Counted from the stretch's first letter, positions 24,724 through 39,625 are shown. The stretch is 64,000 nt of DNA from Octopus sinensis (GCF_006345805.1 NC_042997.1:157170001-157234000); one strand, 5' to 3'. The notes: a model not told the origin generated them from the sequence alone. Program-made: numbers and translations.

Positions 24724-26484
24724 CAACATATATATATATACATACATTTATATATAACATACATATATATATATATATACATACATATATTTATACATAC
24801 ATATATATATATATATGTATATATATATGTGTGTATGTATGTGTGTATATATATATATATATAAGTGTATATATGTATGCATATATATGTATATATATAT
24901 GTATACATGTGTATATATATATGTGTATATATACATACGTATATGCATACATATGCATATCCATGTATGTATATCACATATAAGATCGTACATTTGTATT
25001 TATGTAAATGCGTTTATATAAAAATAAACACACAGTCACGCGTGCATACATATATGCACTTACAAGTCGATGCATAATATGCGTATAACTATATATGGAT
25101 CTCTCTCTCTCTCAGTTTCTCTCTCTCTCTGTGTCTCTCTCTCTCTCTCTTTGAATATAAGTATGTGTGTGTGTGTATGTGTGTGTTTGTGTCTATGCAT
25201 GTGGAAGCACACATTACATGCATCCAAGCCCATATTATGCAGACACATTCGCACACGTACCTATACTCCATTTTGTGTGTGTGTGTGTGTGCGCGCGCAC
25301 GTGCAAGCGAATTGAGCAACGTAGACAGGAAGACAGCTACATTACTAAGTGGCCGGTACACCAAGTACATGATGAACCAACTGAACTTACCACTGCCTCT
25401 TACATAAACATGTATTTGTTGTTAGTCTGTATCTCTTAGCCCCCGCCGCCGTCGCCATTGTCGTCGTCGTCGTCGTCTTCATCGTCTCCTACCGCCCACC
25501 AACCCCTCTCGCAGACTGGCTCACCGTTTGTCTTACACTTTATATATATATACATATATATGTGTGTGTGTGTGTTTGTGTGTGTATGTGTGTGTGTGTG
25601 TGTGCGTGTGTGTGTGTGTGGTGTGTGTATATGTGTCTGTGTGTTGTGCATTTATATATATATATATATATATATATATGTCATGTATGTATGTATGTGT
25701 GTAAACGCATTTGTGTGTGTGCGTGCGTGCGTATAAGCCACCATGCATTTGTTTATATATGTATGTATATTAAAATACGCATACACCCATGAATATATAT
25801 ATATATATATGTATGTATACACATACATATATATATATATATAATATATATATATATATATACACGTGCACACACACACATACCTATGTATGTATATAAA
25901 TATAAACAACAAACACACCACCCATGCAATACAAAAACGCACACATGCGTTCACGCAAAACATACACATGCACCCCTCACAATTACACACACAACACACA
26001 TACATTATATAGATACATATACTACATATACTATATATATATAATATATATATATATCTATATATATATATACACACACATATGTATATTTAAATATATA
26101 CATATATATATATGTGTATTTATGAGTCTATATATGTTTTTATAATCGTTGTTGCTATCTATTACTGGATGTTATCATTGCTAATTGTGTTCAACGCCAC
26201 ATGCAGACAGCGCTGTATGACTTTCTTCCGGTAGGCTATGAAGTAAGCAATTGAGCTGGTGTTAAACGAATGGTTGTACTCTCCTTTGGATCACACTGAC
26301 AAGATCGACAAATGAGTGTTTTATTGGGAGGGGGTGTGAGCATTTATTAGCACTTCTTCATTCCCCTCAGTTCCATATAGCAAAGTGCTTTCATGGCCTA
26401 TTTGTACAGATGTGCGCTTGTGTATCATCTATTTGTTTGTACGAATGATGCAAATATGCGATCTCTTTCGCTTATGTATGTATA

Positions 26485-26524
<40 letters not shown>

Positions 26525-26534
26525 ATATATATTA

Positions 26535-26576
<42 letters not shown>

Positions 26577-26615
26577 TTATATAAATATATATATTTATTT
26601 ATATATATCTATATC

Positions 26616-26654
<39 letters not shown>

Positions 26655-27131
26655 GTATATATATGTATGTATATTTATAAAAAATATATTTATTTAGATG
26701 TATCTATATAAATATATATATATATTTATATATATATGTATTTTAAATATATATTTATATGTATTTTACCTATATGCATATATGTATATATGTAAGTATT
26801 TATATTTGTATGTATAAATGCGCCTAGCTATATAAATATTTACGTGGATACATTTATATATATATTTACATTTATATAGATATCCGTACATGTATATATT
26901 CATATGAATACAAATACTTCCAAATATGTATATAGTAATATATATTGAAAATTAAAAGGTTGCGTGAATATAAATATGTATGTGTGTGTGTATGTATGTA
27001 TGTATGTATGTATGTATGTATGTATGTATGTATGTATGTATGGATGGATGTATGTATGTATGTATGGATGTATATATATATAATAAGTGTTTATGATAAA
27101 GATATGACTATGTATATGAATATACATATAT

Positions 27132-27163
<32 letters not shown>

Positions 27164-27984
27164 ATGCAATGTATATTTATGTACATATGTTTCCATTTAT
27201 ATATATATATGCTTGTATATAATGGTGCATATGTCGTTTTTTTATTACTTAAATGTGTTTAAAAAAATTACCATGCATCTAATACGACTGCATAACATAT
27301 GAAATACCGATTGTATTAGTGTGTAATTAAACACATTATATTTCAGTACAAATAAAATTAGGTGTTTGTTGCATTGGAATGTACATTTCATGCAGCAACC
27401 AAAAAGGTGTGTCATATGTATTTGTTGTGTGTGTGTCTTTCCATATATATATATATGCATACATATATGTATATGAATGTATGTATATATATATATATAT
27501 GTATGTATACATATATATGCATGTAGATTATATATATATATATATATATATATGCGTGTGTATAAATATATGGTATATAATGTATATATATATATGTACA
27601 TATGTACATACATATATATATACATATATACACTATACATGCTTATATATATATATATATATACATATATATATGCATAGATATAGTATTTATACCTTAT
27701 CTATCTACCAATCTACACACACACATATACATACAAGGATGTCGATATTATATATCTATGTGTGTGTGTGTCGATATATATAATATAATATAATATATAT
27801 ATATAATCTGTCTGTCTATTATATTTATCTCTATATAATAATATATTTATACATGTGTGTTGATATATATATATATAATACGTATATGTATGCATATATA
27901 TATTACATATATAATATTTATATATATATACGTATATGTATGCATATATATAACATTAATATATATATATATTATATTATATAT

Positions 27985-28015
<31 letters not shown>

Positions 28016-28260
28016 ATAAAGTATGAGATTGTGGTTTCAATTTGTATATTTGTGTTGGTCCTTCGGCAAAAGGTGAACGTTCTGCACGAGAGGATCATCT
28101 CGATATATATATATTATCTTTATAATATATATATACTATATATATATCTGTGTGTGGTACATATATATATGTATATGTGTATGTATGTATGTATATATGT
28201 ATGTATGTATGCATGTATGTATATGTGTGTGTATGTGTATATATGTATATATAAATTGTA
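24581..28260. repeat. Large field of (TA)n/(TG)n/(TATG)n low-complexity DNA with short unique islands
   Basis: Directly visible; source of many YI/VC pseudo-ORFs. Confidence 0.9.
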
Positions 28261-28673
28261 CTGTGACTGTGCTCATTAATTGTTTTATTCATGTAAAGTG
28301 CGGCATATGTATGATTACATAATTTTGATACAGAGCTATGTTAAACAAAATTGAATTCATTCTCACTCCATATATATGTTATATAGTTCTGTTTGCAACA
28401 CTGTCTCTTGAGGCACATCATATATAGGTATGAATAACAACATGCAAAGACCGGGTTTAAAAAATCATTTTGGATGGAAAGGACATTTTCGACATTTTCT
28501 ATCCCAAGGTGTTTTTAACCCATTATTTTCTAATATTTACATACTAGTAATTGTAGCTTTATGTGGCCTACTTCAAGAGACAATGTTGCTAAAAAAAAAA
28601 GGAGTTATTCCATGTTCTCTGGGTACTGAAATGTATTTATAAAATTTTTTAGCATTTTCTATCTTGACATTCT

Positions 28674-28757
<84 letters not shown>

Positions 28758-28969
28758 CGTTTAGACAAAAATTACATCTTTAAATGCCAGAATCACCTCA
28801 CAAAGCCGACAATTGTTCCTGTTGTATAACGTATCTTGATATAGAAAATATCATTGAGATTAAAATTTCCAAAAATACGTATTAGAACAACATTTTCAAA
28901 GCAATCCAAAATTAGTTGAATTCAAAGTGAATATATACATGCCTATGTACATAATGTATACAGGTGTGT

Positions 28970-29028
<59 letters not shown>

Positions 29029-31204
29029 TTCGTACTGTAATATGAGCAAGGGAACTATGAAGTAGTTATGAAATTCCTTTCTGATATCTTCGATTCCATG
29101 TTCGATCTCATATGTGGTTTGTATGACCTTTTACTATATGAATAATATAACGTGGAAATTATGCCTCAGCATTGGTTTCTGTACATTAAAACACGTGGTT
29201 TATTATTGTTTAAAATCTTCGATTCATCGATTTTATTCAAGACATTAGAAGATGTCAGCGTCAATTAAGTGCTGCATATAATGAAAATCAATAAACCAGC
29301 GAGATTAATTCAATCGGAATTTGATGAAAACTTATTGAGAACATAGACAATGTAGATCGGGGTGGATCTAGTCTTTAAACCGAGTCAAATATTCATCGCC
29401 GACACGGACGCAGGAGCCATATTATTACTTTTGTACTTGAACATTTAATCAGTATATCGGTTTATACACTTTTGCAATACACTATTCATGTGAGTGTTTA
29501 GTGTATTACACACGATTTCGCTGGTGAAATTTATATGATAGATCCACAACTATAAAGTTTTATTTAACAAAGTATATTTAAACTAATCTTATTCCTTATT
29601 TGATATCACTGGAATCTATATAAACCATACAGAAAGAATATTATATTTAAAGAGTCGTTGTTGGGATAAATAAGACTTTCTGATTATTTATTTTCTATGA
29701 CATCTTTTTTTGTTTTTGTTTTTGCTTTTCGCAAGTATCATCTGTAAATAGAACCTGTATCCTGGCTACAGTTCTCTTGGAGTGTACGTCTGGTTATAGA
29801 AAACACGCTTTAAGAGGTGTTTTTTTTTTTGTTTGACATCTAGGCCAATCTTGATTGAACTAGGAGTTGAAATTATGATCCAAGTACAAGCCTTCACCAA
29901 ACTTATTTTTAAAAATATCGAGGACAATATTATCAAATACGTTCTATTGCTAAAGACAATGCGTTGCGATTATTTGATGGAGATTTGGTAGCTGCTTCTT
30001 GACCGTTGTGCGACCATGTAAAACTCCATTGTTACCCCACCGATTAACATCAATTTCACTGCACCACGTTATATTATTGTCCAGATTTCCACGTCTTACA
30101 TCTACCTTTTGTACACCTGACTCGATAAAATAAGCACTTGTCATGTATTGGAGTAGAACCCAATATACTGAAAGTTTATCCCACAAATTTGTGGTTGTGA
30201 GCTTGAAACTAATTAGGGTGGTGTGATGTTACTGATGTCATTTAATCTAATCCAGAGCTAAGATCAAAGACAGTCCAGCCATGACCTTCCGCAATTGTAT
30301 GGAGGATTACATCATTGAATGCACCCTTTCCTTATCTAAAACTTTTGGGTGTAATTTGAGGAGGATTTACTAGCAATCTCTACTAAATTGAATGTCACAT
30401 GTTGCTCACCGTATTGTTGTAATTGTTTCAGCTCCAGATCAGCTTTCAACGAGTAGACCTATCATCAAAGACGCTCCAACTGTGGCAACCCTATCTATTC
30501 AGACAATTCATATGAATATACAATATCTAATATCTCCTAATCTTGTTTAGTAATGGCACCGTATGATTTGGGAAGAAAGAAATTTGGTTGCTATTTTGAG
30601 CGACCTAGTGGAGGTTCTAAGGTAACTGGAAGTGGTTTGGCAGAATCGGTAGAATGGCGGACAAAATAACATAAAAGTTACCTCATTTTTACCGTCCGGG
30701 TTCAAATACCGTCGAGATTGATAAAATAATGTACTAATAATTAATATTATTTAAAAAAAAATCTTAGTTCAGTCCAGTTGATCTTAAATGACTAAGACGT
30801 TCCAATAGTGACAATCTAAATAACAATAAAACAATTTTTATGATTGCATTGTGCAATTTGTCGTTTCCTTTACACAAACAAGTTGTACTATGGTTTGAGA
30901 GAAACTGAGGTAATATAACTAGCAGGTTCAGTTATCATATAGAGGCTTCCTCCGGTGGCTCGCAAAGTACTAAATGCTGGAGGAGGGAATACTTTAATTG
31001 TTAATACTCTTCCACAATTTATGGGCTTGTGTCTACGTTAGAAATCAATCCTACCCAGGTTGATTCTATCATTCATTCTTCTAGAGTCGATAAACAAAAT
31101 ACCAGTTCAGTAAATAATGGGATTGATGCAATTCACCCCCGTGCTTCGTGCCAAATTCTAAACCTTATATCTGTATTAGAGATCATTTTCTGGAGTTTGG
31201 TAAG

Positions 31205-31363
31205 ATGGTGAGAAGCCAGAATCGTTATCGCATGGGCAAAGTGCTTACCGGTTCTTTTCTTTTTGAGTTCATATCCCGCCGAGGTCACTTTGGCTTTCTT
31301 CCTTACGGGGTTGATGAAATAAAATACAAGTCAAATACTAGCCTTGTGTTATAATTTGAAACC
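31205..31363 (+). mobile_element. SINE family B1, degenerate
   Basis: cagaatcgttatcgc, gagttcatatcccgccgaggtc, ccttgtgttataatttgaaacc. Confidence 0.6.
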
Positions 31364-32124
31364 ATTATTCTTAGTACAAAGAAGAGGGGATTTAGAATGG
31401 GAGAAGCGGGAGATTACCGAAGTAAATATCCCTAACGTATTTAGTTACGTCCCTTCACACTCTGTGTTCAAATCCTGGCAGGGTGATTCTATATAAATCT
31501 CCATACTAGCAAAATCAATAAGAGGTATATAGAGCAACACTGTACCGGCTGCCGCCACAATCGACTAAAAGCGCATCCTTCAAATGTGTGACCTTATGAA
31601 ATGTAAGAAAACATCAATATTATTTGAGATAATAAAGACAGAATTCTGCAAATGTGTTGAGATGTAAGTCTATAGTATTCAGTTTCTATTAACGATCTTG
31701 CTAATTAATTATGCTCTACTATCCCGCCACCTACATCCCCCTTCCTGGTGTGGCCAGACGTTGGGTTTAGCAAATAAAACTATTTATTAAGAAAATAAAT
31801 CGCACACTCTTCAAAATGACCTATTACATGTTTCTTTTTTGCTTCTTAATTCTTACTCTCGTTCTTTTTTCTTTTTTTCTTTTATTACTTACAATTAAGA
31901 GCGGCAATTAACTACAAACTTACCCTCCATCTCTCCCCCCCCCCGTTCGGGCTCTTGCAATTTTATTTCCCACCCTCACTTGGGGGGCAGGCAAGTGTTG
32001 TTTTAAACTGGAAAAGTAGAAGGTAACCATCACAGTCGTGCATCATTCAATTCATGACCACATGTTAGCCTGCTCAAATTCCATGTGACACTGAATGATT
32101 ATATATATATGTTTATATATATAT

Positions 32125-32172
<48 letters not shown>

Positions 32173-32564
32173 TGTGTGGTGTGTGCACGCGCGCGTGCAA
32201 AAGGAAGAAAAGAGCACTCGGAAGATGTAACCCCTAATGAATCCAATATGAGAAAGTTCTAATAAAAAAAATTAAACTGGAACATAATCGTGATTTTTAT
32301 ATATGTCTAAATAAAATGTGTCCTCTCTGATATATATATATATATATAGATATTTATATTTGGGGCGGGGCGGGTACATGTATAATCTATTTGCAAATTA
32401 GATAGAATTACTCAACATAAGTAGAAATTATAGTTTTAAACATCAAACTCAGTTAGTCGCCAGATGATCGGAAACGTGAAACTAAGCGATATAATTTATA
32501 AAATTTCAGCCCCACAACACACACCACACACATCTATATTCACATGTGCGTATGTGTGTGAGTG

Positions 32565-32596
<32 letters not shown>

Positions 32597-32814
32597 ATAT
32601 ATATATATCTACGTGTGATGCATATACACATGCCTACACGACTCGCACAGCGGGTCATTACCTTCATCAGCTGTTGACAGATCACATAACATGTATGTTT
32701 AAATGTATGCAAGTACGCATTATGTACATTTACATCGGGTGGACGTTATATTTATCATTGAAACGCCGCTATGCAGTTTCAAAAATTTTATTAATCATAT
32801 TGACGCCATTACAT

Positions 32815-33263
32815 CTTTTACTTATTGTAGTCATTAGACTGCGACCATGCTGGAGCACTGTCGTGAAGAAGTTTTAGTCGAATGAATCGACTCCAGTACT
32901 TTTTTCTAAGGCTGGTACTCGTGCTACCTGGATCTTAGGCCGAACTGCTAGTTTACGGGGACGTAAACACAGCACCACCGGTTGTCAAGCGGTGTGTGTG
33001 TTGTGAGGGGGGGGGGGGCGACAAGCACAAAGATACATTCACACACACATACATATACACACACGCATACACATACTCACACACACGCATATATATGTAT
33101 ATACGACGGGCTTCTTTCAGTTTCCATCTACTAAATCCACTCAGAAGGCCTTGGTCGGCCCGAAGCTATAGAAGAAGACACTTGGCCAAAGCGCCATATA
33201 GCGGGACTGAACCCGGAATCATGTGGTTGGTAAGCAAGCTTCTTACTACGCAGCTACACCTGC
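32815..33263 (-). mobile_element. SINE family A, full length
   Basis: agtcattagactgcgaccatgctggagcac through gggactgaacccggaatcatgtggttggtaagcaag. Confidence 0.85.
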
Positions 33264-33603
33264 ATTTAACTTGGTACAATTTTATCCATATATTTGACGA
33301 ACTGCTAAGTAACCGGACACGAAGAGAAACAGTGTAACTGAAGTTGGCTTTTGGACCAATGTCAATATAAACACACATTCGTACAGTCTCTCACATATAC
33401 ATCATACATGCAGACATACACACACGTACATATACCCGCACATTTGTTTCTATGACTAGTTGCTGCACAGTTTATGTCCATGAAATTCCATTTTCACTAG
33501 GCCTTCGCTAGAGCACAAGGCATTTACCCAAAATTCCGGGTAGTGGGATAGAAACAAGGATCAGATGATTGCTAAACGTACTTGTTACATAGCTGTCTTC
33601 AAG

Positions 33604-33605
<2 letters not shown>

Positions 33606-33670
<65 letters not shown>

Positions 33671-33850
33671 CTTTTTTCTCTCTTCTTTTCTTTTGTCAGT
33701 TTACCGTTTTTATTGAGTGTTTTTTTTGTTTTTTTTTTCTTTTTGTTGTTTCTTCTTTTTCTTCTCTTACTTTCTTTTTTTCTTTTTTCTTCTTTCTTCT
33801 TTCTTTTTTCTTTCTTTCTTTTCTTGTTCTTTTCTCTTTCTTCTTTTTAA
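33606..33850. repeat. (TTTC)n and pyrimidine-rich tract
   Basis: Directly visible. Confidence 0.92.
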
Positions 33851-34581
33851 TCCGTACATACACGCATACAATGCATACTTACATGCATATGATATATGGT
33901 ATTCGATGTATGCATTATCTATCTGTCTGTCTGTGTGTCTGTCTGTGTTTCTGTGTGTGTGTGTGTGTGTGTCTGTCTGTCTGTCTGAAGTACTCGCTTA
34001 CGTGTCCGAACAAACCTCATGAATGGAAAATCCTAAAGAAGACCTAAGACTAGATTCGGAATGAACTGGAAAAAAAAAATACAAAATCAAGTACCCTTTT
34101 CCTCCACTAGGACCCAGAAAGTTGACCCCACCTCTTTAAAAATTTACTTCTAATTATTCAAGATGTTCTTGTGAATTTTGATACGCTACTTGATAATATA
34201 ATAATTTTTGTTAGTCGTGTAGCAGTTTAATTTACATGGGGTATAGAATTTATAGGAGGGGGCAGAAAAGTTTTAAGGGGAAAATTTTAAATGCATAAAA
34301 TCTTTAGTAGACGCAAAAAAAAAAAAAAGAAAAATGCGGGGCGGGGAGGCAAAACTTTTTCGGTTTTGGTAGGGGTAAAATGTTTTTAACGGGTTCAACA
34401 AATTTTTTCTACGAAGAGGAGAAATTTTTTAGGAAGACAATGACGATTAGGAAATTTTTATAAGAGCAAGAAGTGTTTTATATTGTAATTTGAAATTTGT
34501 ATAAAGTTACATCCATAGTATTCATGCGGTTGGACGTTCATGTTTTATAATTATTATGCAAAAGTTTTATTGATTTTATTC

Positions 34582-34949
34582 TTATATTTGTTTCAGTCAT
34601 TTGACTGCGGCCATGCTGGAGCACCGCCGTTTTGGTCGAGCAAATCGACCCCAGGACTTATTCTTTGTAAGTCTAGTACTTTTGCCGAACCGCTAAGTTA
34701 CGAGGATATAAACACACCAGCATCGGTTGTCAAGCGATGTTGGCGGGACAAACACAAACACACAACCCCCCCCCCACATACATATATGTACGACGGGGTT
34801 CTTTCAGTTTCCGTCTAAACCCACTCACAAAGTTTTGGTCGGCCCGAGGCTATGGTAGAAGACATTTGCCCAAGGTGCTACTCAGTGAGACTGAACCTGG
34901 AACCTTGTAGTTGGTAAGCAAGTTACTTACCACACAGCCACTCCAGCAC
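34582..34949 (-). mobile_element. SINE family A, full length
   Basis: tttcagtcatttgactgcggccatgctggagcaccgcc through ttaccacacagccactcc. Confidence 0.85.
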
Positions 34950-35360
34950 TAAATTGATATTAAGTGAGATATTCTATGGTTTTTGTAGCATAGATATTTT
35001 TCTTCCTCGCCTAAATCACTTTATTGTTTTGTAAAAATAAAAATCTATAGCTTTATAAGTCCGTGTAAAGTTCTTTTAATTCGAAAACAGTAAAATAACG
35101 CGCAATTTCAAGTTCTCTATCTTCAATAATGTATAAAAGTCACACGTGAATGTCTGCAATCATACGTAAGTATCTGCTCAAAATCTCAGTAACACGGAAC
35201 GCAGGAAGGCCAGATTTAGAAATTGAAAAGCCGATAAAACTTTTAAAACTTTTTATTTTCTATTTTTAAACCACACTTCCTTATAAGAAGAGCTTCTGGA
35301 TTTTAAAAACCTTCTACGGAGTCCCAAGGAAAGGAGTAAAAAAAGTGCCATTGAAACAGG

Positions 35361-35425
<65 letters not shown>

Positions 35426-35503
35426 ATGCCAGAAATAAAAGTGACCGAAACCGGAGAGTAAACGAAACTAAAAAAGGGCGAAGAGAAACATGACATACTA
35501 AAT

Positions 35504-35546
35504 GGCGGTGCCCCAGCATGGCCACAGCTCATGAGCTGAAACTAGA
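35504..35546 (+). mobile_element. Solo 3' tail of the CR1/L2-group LINE
   Basis: ggcggtgccccagcatggccacagctcatgagctgaaactaga is nearly identical to 24508-24549. Confidence 0.7.
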
Positions 35547-35927
35547 ATCAATCTTTCAATACTAAAAGCATGGTTGACCGAAAGCAAAAACGAAGAAAGA
35601 CTAAGAAGAGAAGCAAACAATGTTGGAATCTATTTAAAGCTGGCTGTACGCAAGCATACGGTCTTAATGACGGTTATACAACAAGATAAAAGCGTGAGTC
35701 TGATAAATAGCCATTACTACACCAGGTCTACAGAGATGTTTATACATCGAAATAAAAAGCTGAGTTCAAGTAACCAAACAAGAACTGTTATCTATAATAA
35801 GGGATGCATTTTTGCGTGGCATAAGCCAATTAGCAGTAAAATTATTAGTTGTAGCTGAAAGGTAAGAAGCAAGTTATTGCCAGGCCATTTCGTCGGCAAA
35901 CAGTATGTGTATATATATATATATATC

Positions 35928-35975
<48 letters not shown>

Positions 35976-36202
35976 CTAATATATATATATATATATATAT
36001 ATCAGCCGAATTTGCGAAGATGATCCGTTCTTGACTGATGACCGGGGCTTCGAATGTCTCGTCCTGTGGTTCTTGTGTCGTCTTCTAGGTGTTTCACGTC
36101 TTGTCCCAGTTTTTATTATATTTTTTACTTTTTTACATATATATATATATATATATTATATAATATATATATCCTATATATATAATGTATATCTTTAATC
36201 TT

Positions 36203-36633
36203 TTACTTGTTTCAATAATAATTTGACTGTGCCATGCTGGTCTGCAGGACCGCCTTATCAAGCACAACGACCCCAGGACTTATTCTTTTGAAGCCTAGTA
36301 CTATTCTATTGGACTCTTTTGCCGAAAGCGCTAAAGTTACGGGGAGGGGCGTAAACACACCAGCATCGGGTTCAAAGCGATGTTGAGGGAACAAACACAG
36401 ACACACAATCACACACCACACACGCAAAAGCACACATACACACACCACTTGACACACACAAACACACACATATATATATATATATCTATATATAATATAA
36501 CGTGCTTCTTTCATTTCCGCTACCAGACCACTCACCAAAGCTTTGGTTGGGTGGCCCGAGGCTATATAGAAAACACTTGCCCAACAGTACCGCGCAGTGG
36601 GACTGAACCAGAACCCATGTAGTTCGTAGCAAG
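36203..36633 (-). mobile_element. SINE family A
   Basis: gaccccaggacttattc, aacacaccagcatcgg, gcagtgggactgaacc. Confidence 0.8.
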
Positions 36634-36650
36634 TATATATATATATATTA

Positions 36651-37025
36651 CACTACCCGTCGGAATTATTAGCACCCTGGTTTGCTCTTCACTCAAGGTA
36701 TGTGCTGTCACCTAAGTGGCCATATCTCGACTATTGCTTTGTTGCGAGTTCACTGTTTGCGCAGAACGATTACGTAACTTTGTTTGCAGAGCAGTTATGA
36801 GAGTCTACAGCCTTATGGATATTGACATAGCAGTGCACAACAACTTGGAGTGCGGATGCAGACACATCTTCCCTTTATTTATAGTATAGGTAGCGCCTCG
36901 CAAGGACGAAATCACACCATACTAAGTTTTCCCTTTCCATCGCGCAAGACGTTTTGAACACTCATAGGTTAATTGATTTAACCTATTTAATGTAGAATTT
37001 AGAGTGCTAATTAATTTCTGGCGCA

Positions 37026-37029
<4 letters not shown>
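36651..37029. mobile_element. Tc1-like MITE
   Basis: Imperfect TIRs cactacccgtcggaattattagcaccct and agagtgctaattaatttctggcgcaattg, with TA on both sides. Confidence 0.5.
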
Positions 37030-37070
<41 letters not shown>

Positions 37071-37453
37071 ATATATATATATATTCCCTCTTAACTTAGT
37101 ATGACTGATATTCATTTCTTGTCGATCACTACTAACCTTAATGAGCTTTGTACATTCAAACAATTTGATGAGCAGTTTTAATATTATTGACTGTTATGAA
37201 CTTTAAACGTGTCAACATCGTAATTTTTAAACATGTTTTTCAAATTCATAATTCTAAATTTGTCTGTTATGAACATTTAAACTTCTCAACATTGAACCTT
37301 TTAAAGACGTTTTTTCTCATTCATAATTCTCAGTTTTTACCATTGATAAACAAAAAATATTATTGAAAGTTGTTTGGTACATATGTCAATAAATTTATTT
37401 TAAACGATTACAAGTTTTCAAATTTAGGTGCATTTTCGACAACAAATTTGCCT

Positions 37454-37501
<48 letters not shown>

Positions 37502-37503
<2 letters not shown>

Positions 37504-37795
37504 TGCGGGCGGATGCCCTTCTTGTTACCAACCCTCATCTGTTCCCAAGCAAGGTAATATTTTTCCAAGGAAGATTGTATAACATTGACACTCATTTACA
37601 ATTATATATTAAGATGCTAAGACTAGGAGACACTAAGACGCGCATATATACCCAAACCTCTTATAACATACACACACACATACATACAGCAGGCTTGTGT
37701 TATTAGACTGCTTTAATCGGACGCGGGGCAATAATAGCATTGGGGTTGATATCGAAACCTCACGGTTGAGAAACGAACTTCTTAACACATAGCCT
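37502..37795 (-). mobile_element. SINE family E (tRNA-like head, RTE-like tail), degenerate
   Basis: Minus-strand head ggctatgtgttaagaagttcgtttctcaacc...gtttcgatatc; plus strand ggatgcccttcttgttaccaacc resembles the RTE 3' motif at 9450. Confidence 0.45.
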
Positions 37796-37924
37796 GCACC
37801 TATTTATGTGCGTATGCATGTGCTCATATATGTATGTGTGTATATGTATGTGTCTGTCTCTCTGTCTCTATATATATGTGTGTGTGTGTATGTGTGTTTC
37901 ATTGCGTTTGTGCAGTCTGTCGTC

Positions 37925-38110
37925 TGCCATCGTTTGACAACCGGTGTTGGTTTGTTACGTCGCTGTAACTTAGCAGTTCGGGAAATGAAACCGATAGTAG
38001 AAACCAAACTTTAAAAAAGTATTGGAGTCGATTTGTTCGACTGAACCCTTGAAGGCGGTACCACAGAATGGCCGCAGTCTTAATGACTGATACAAGTAAA
38101 AAATAAAAGA
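37925..38110 (+). mobile_element. SINE family A 3' half
   Basis: catcgtttgacaaccggtgttgg through gaatggccgcagtcttaatgactgatacaagtaaaa. Confidence 0.75.
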
Positions 38111-39464
38111 TATATAAAATAGATAAGCAGGAACATTGAAAATACACTCGCGTGCGCACGCACACGTATCCGCCCACCCAAAAACACACACACACACACA
38201 TAAATTTAAACACGAATATTGTCTTCCTACGAATCTATATTTTCCATCATAGCCGTCAGTAGCACGCCAAGAATGGCGTGATGTATATGGAATCCCAACT
38301 TTTGTCACCAAGCTTCTGTTGTATATCAAACTTCCATTTTTTTCCCCCTTTCCAAGGAATCAAAGAATTCTTGATGTTAAAATCCTTGTTGTATTTTAGA
38401 CCGAACGGCGCGTTTCTAAACTTTGCTTCATACCCTATTTGACCAGCTAACATATGTCACGTAGACTGAGCGGCGCCTCTATCGTAGCACTTCCTGAATT
38501 CCAACCGCCAACTTACTTACACCTTCTCTAACTTGGCTTACTTTGCTTCTTTCTACGGCTTACGGAAGGATTTCAATAGAACGAAAGAAAGTGTGTTGCT
38601 TTTACTCCTCGACTAATATTGCATTTTCTGTATTATAAAAAAAAAAACCCCAGAAAAACATTCAATCAAGTACTTTTATTGGAGTCATCTCCCTTGCTCG
38701 TTCTTAGCTTTTTAATATTATCAGTGAGAGAGAGAAAGAGAGAAATAGAGAGTGAAGATAGAGTATTTTGCCTATAGTATGAATATTTCAGTATATTTTA
38801 TATACATGTTAACCTAATTATATGTATGTATGTATGATTAGTGAATAATTGTAACAACTATCTATACTTCTGAAAATGAAGTCAGCACAGTAAGCAGACC
38901 CTACCCTCCACCCATGAAGTTTAGAAGGAGTCTGTATGATAGCGATTGGTCTGCAAGAAATAACAGTCAGATATCTCTTAAATTATAATTACGATATCTC
39001 TTAAAGTTTTGAAAATTGAAAGAGACAATAATTATAAATTGTGCCTGGAAAAAATTCGAAGGGGATGGTCATGGCTAAGACGCAGTTGATTATAGGTCTG
39101 GCTGTTCGATGATCCAATATCAGAATGGAATCAAACATCTGAAGTACCATCTGTGTTCACACGAGGGTGGTGCTCTAGCATGGTCTTGTCTGGTGGCTAA
39201 AATAAATGAAAGAATTAATAAACACATATATACTTTAACACATAAATGTATCCTATTGTACACGCATAAATGTACAGAAATATATCGATCATCTGTCTAT
39301 GCAATAACATCATACAGAGAGATATATGAATCTAGCTTTCTCACTATATATGTAAATTTTACAGAGATATGTGGATGTACATCTCTGTATGTAAAATGTA
39401 TAGAGATGTATGAATGTGGGTACCCCTACAACAACACTCGTAACAGTACCGCTATACTACCATA

Positions 39465-39625
39465 AACAAAACCCACCACCATCAGTACCACCACCACAAC
39501 AACAACAACAACCAGCACCAGCACCACCACCAGCACCACCACCACCATCACCACTACCAGCATCACCGCCACCACCACCACCACCACCACTGGTAGCACA
39601 TCCACCACCGTGATAACCACCACCG
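39465..39625. repeat. Imperfect (CCA)n/(CAA)n trinucleotide repeat
   Basis: Directly visible. Confidence 0.9.

Noticed and set aside
25385-25530. Minus-strand acidic/Gly ORF with a gtg|gtaagt donor near 25391
   Set aside because: The acidic run is a (GAC)n repeat ending in a stop, and there is no recognisable protein or partner exon.
29950-30186. 78-aa minus-strand ORF of ordinary composition
   Set aside because: No motif was recognised and the length is within chance expectation.
38230-38520. ORF 38256-38453 and a CpG/ETS-like patch as a first exon or promoter
   Set aside because: There is no recognisable homology, and short motifs alone cannot support a promoter call.
39410-39613. Proline-rich ORF resembling a formin/WASP segment
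   Set aside because: It is an imperfect (CCA)n repeat with no flanking domain or convincing splice sites.
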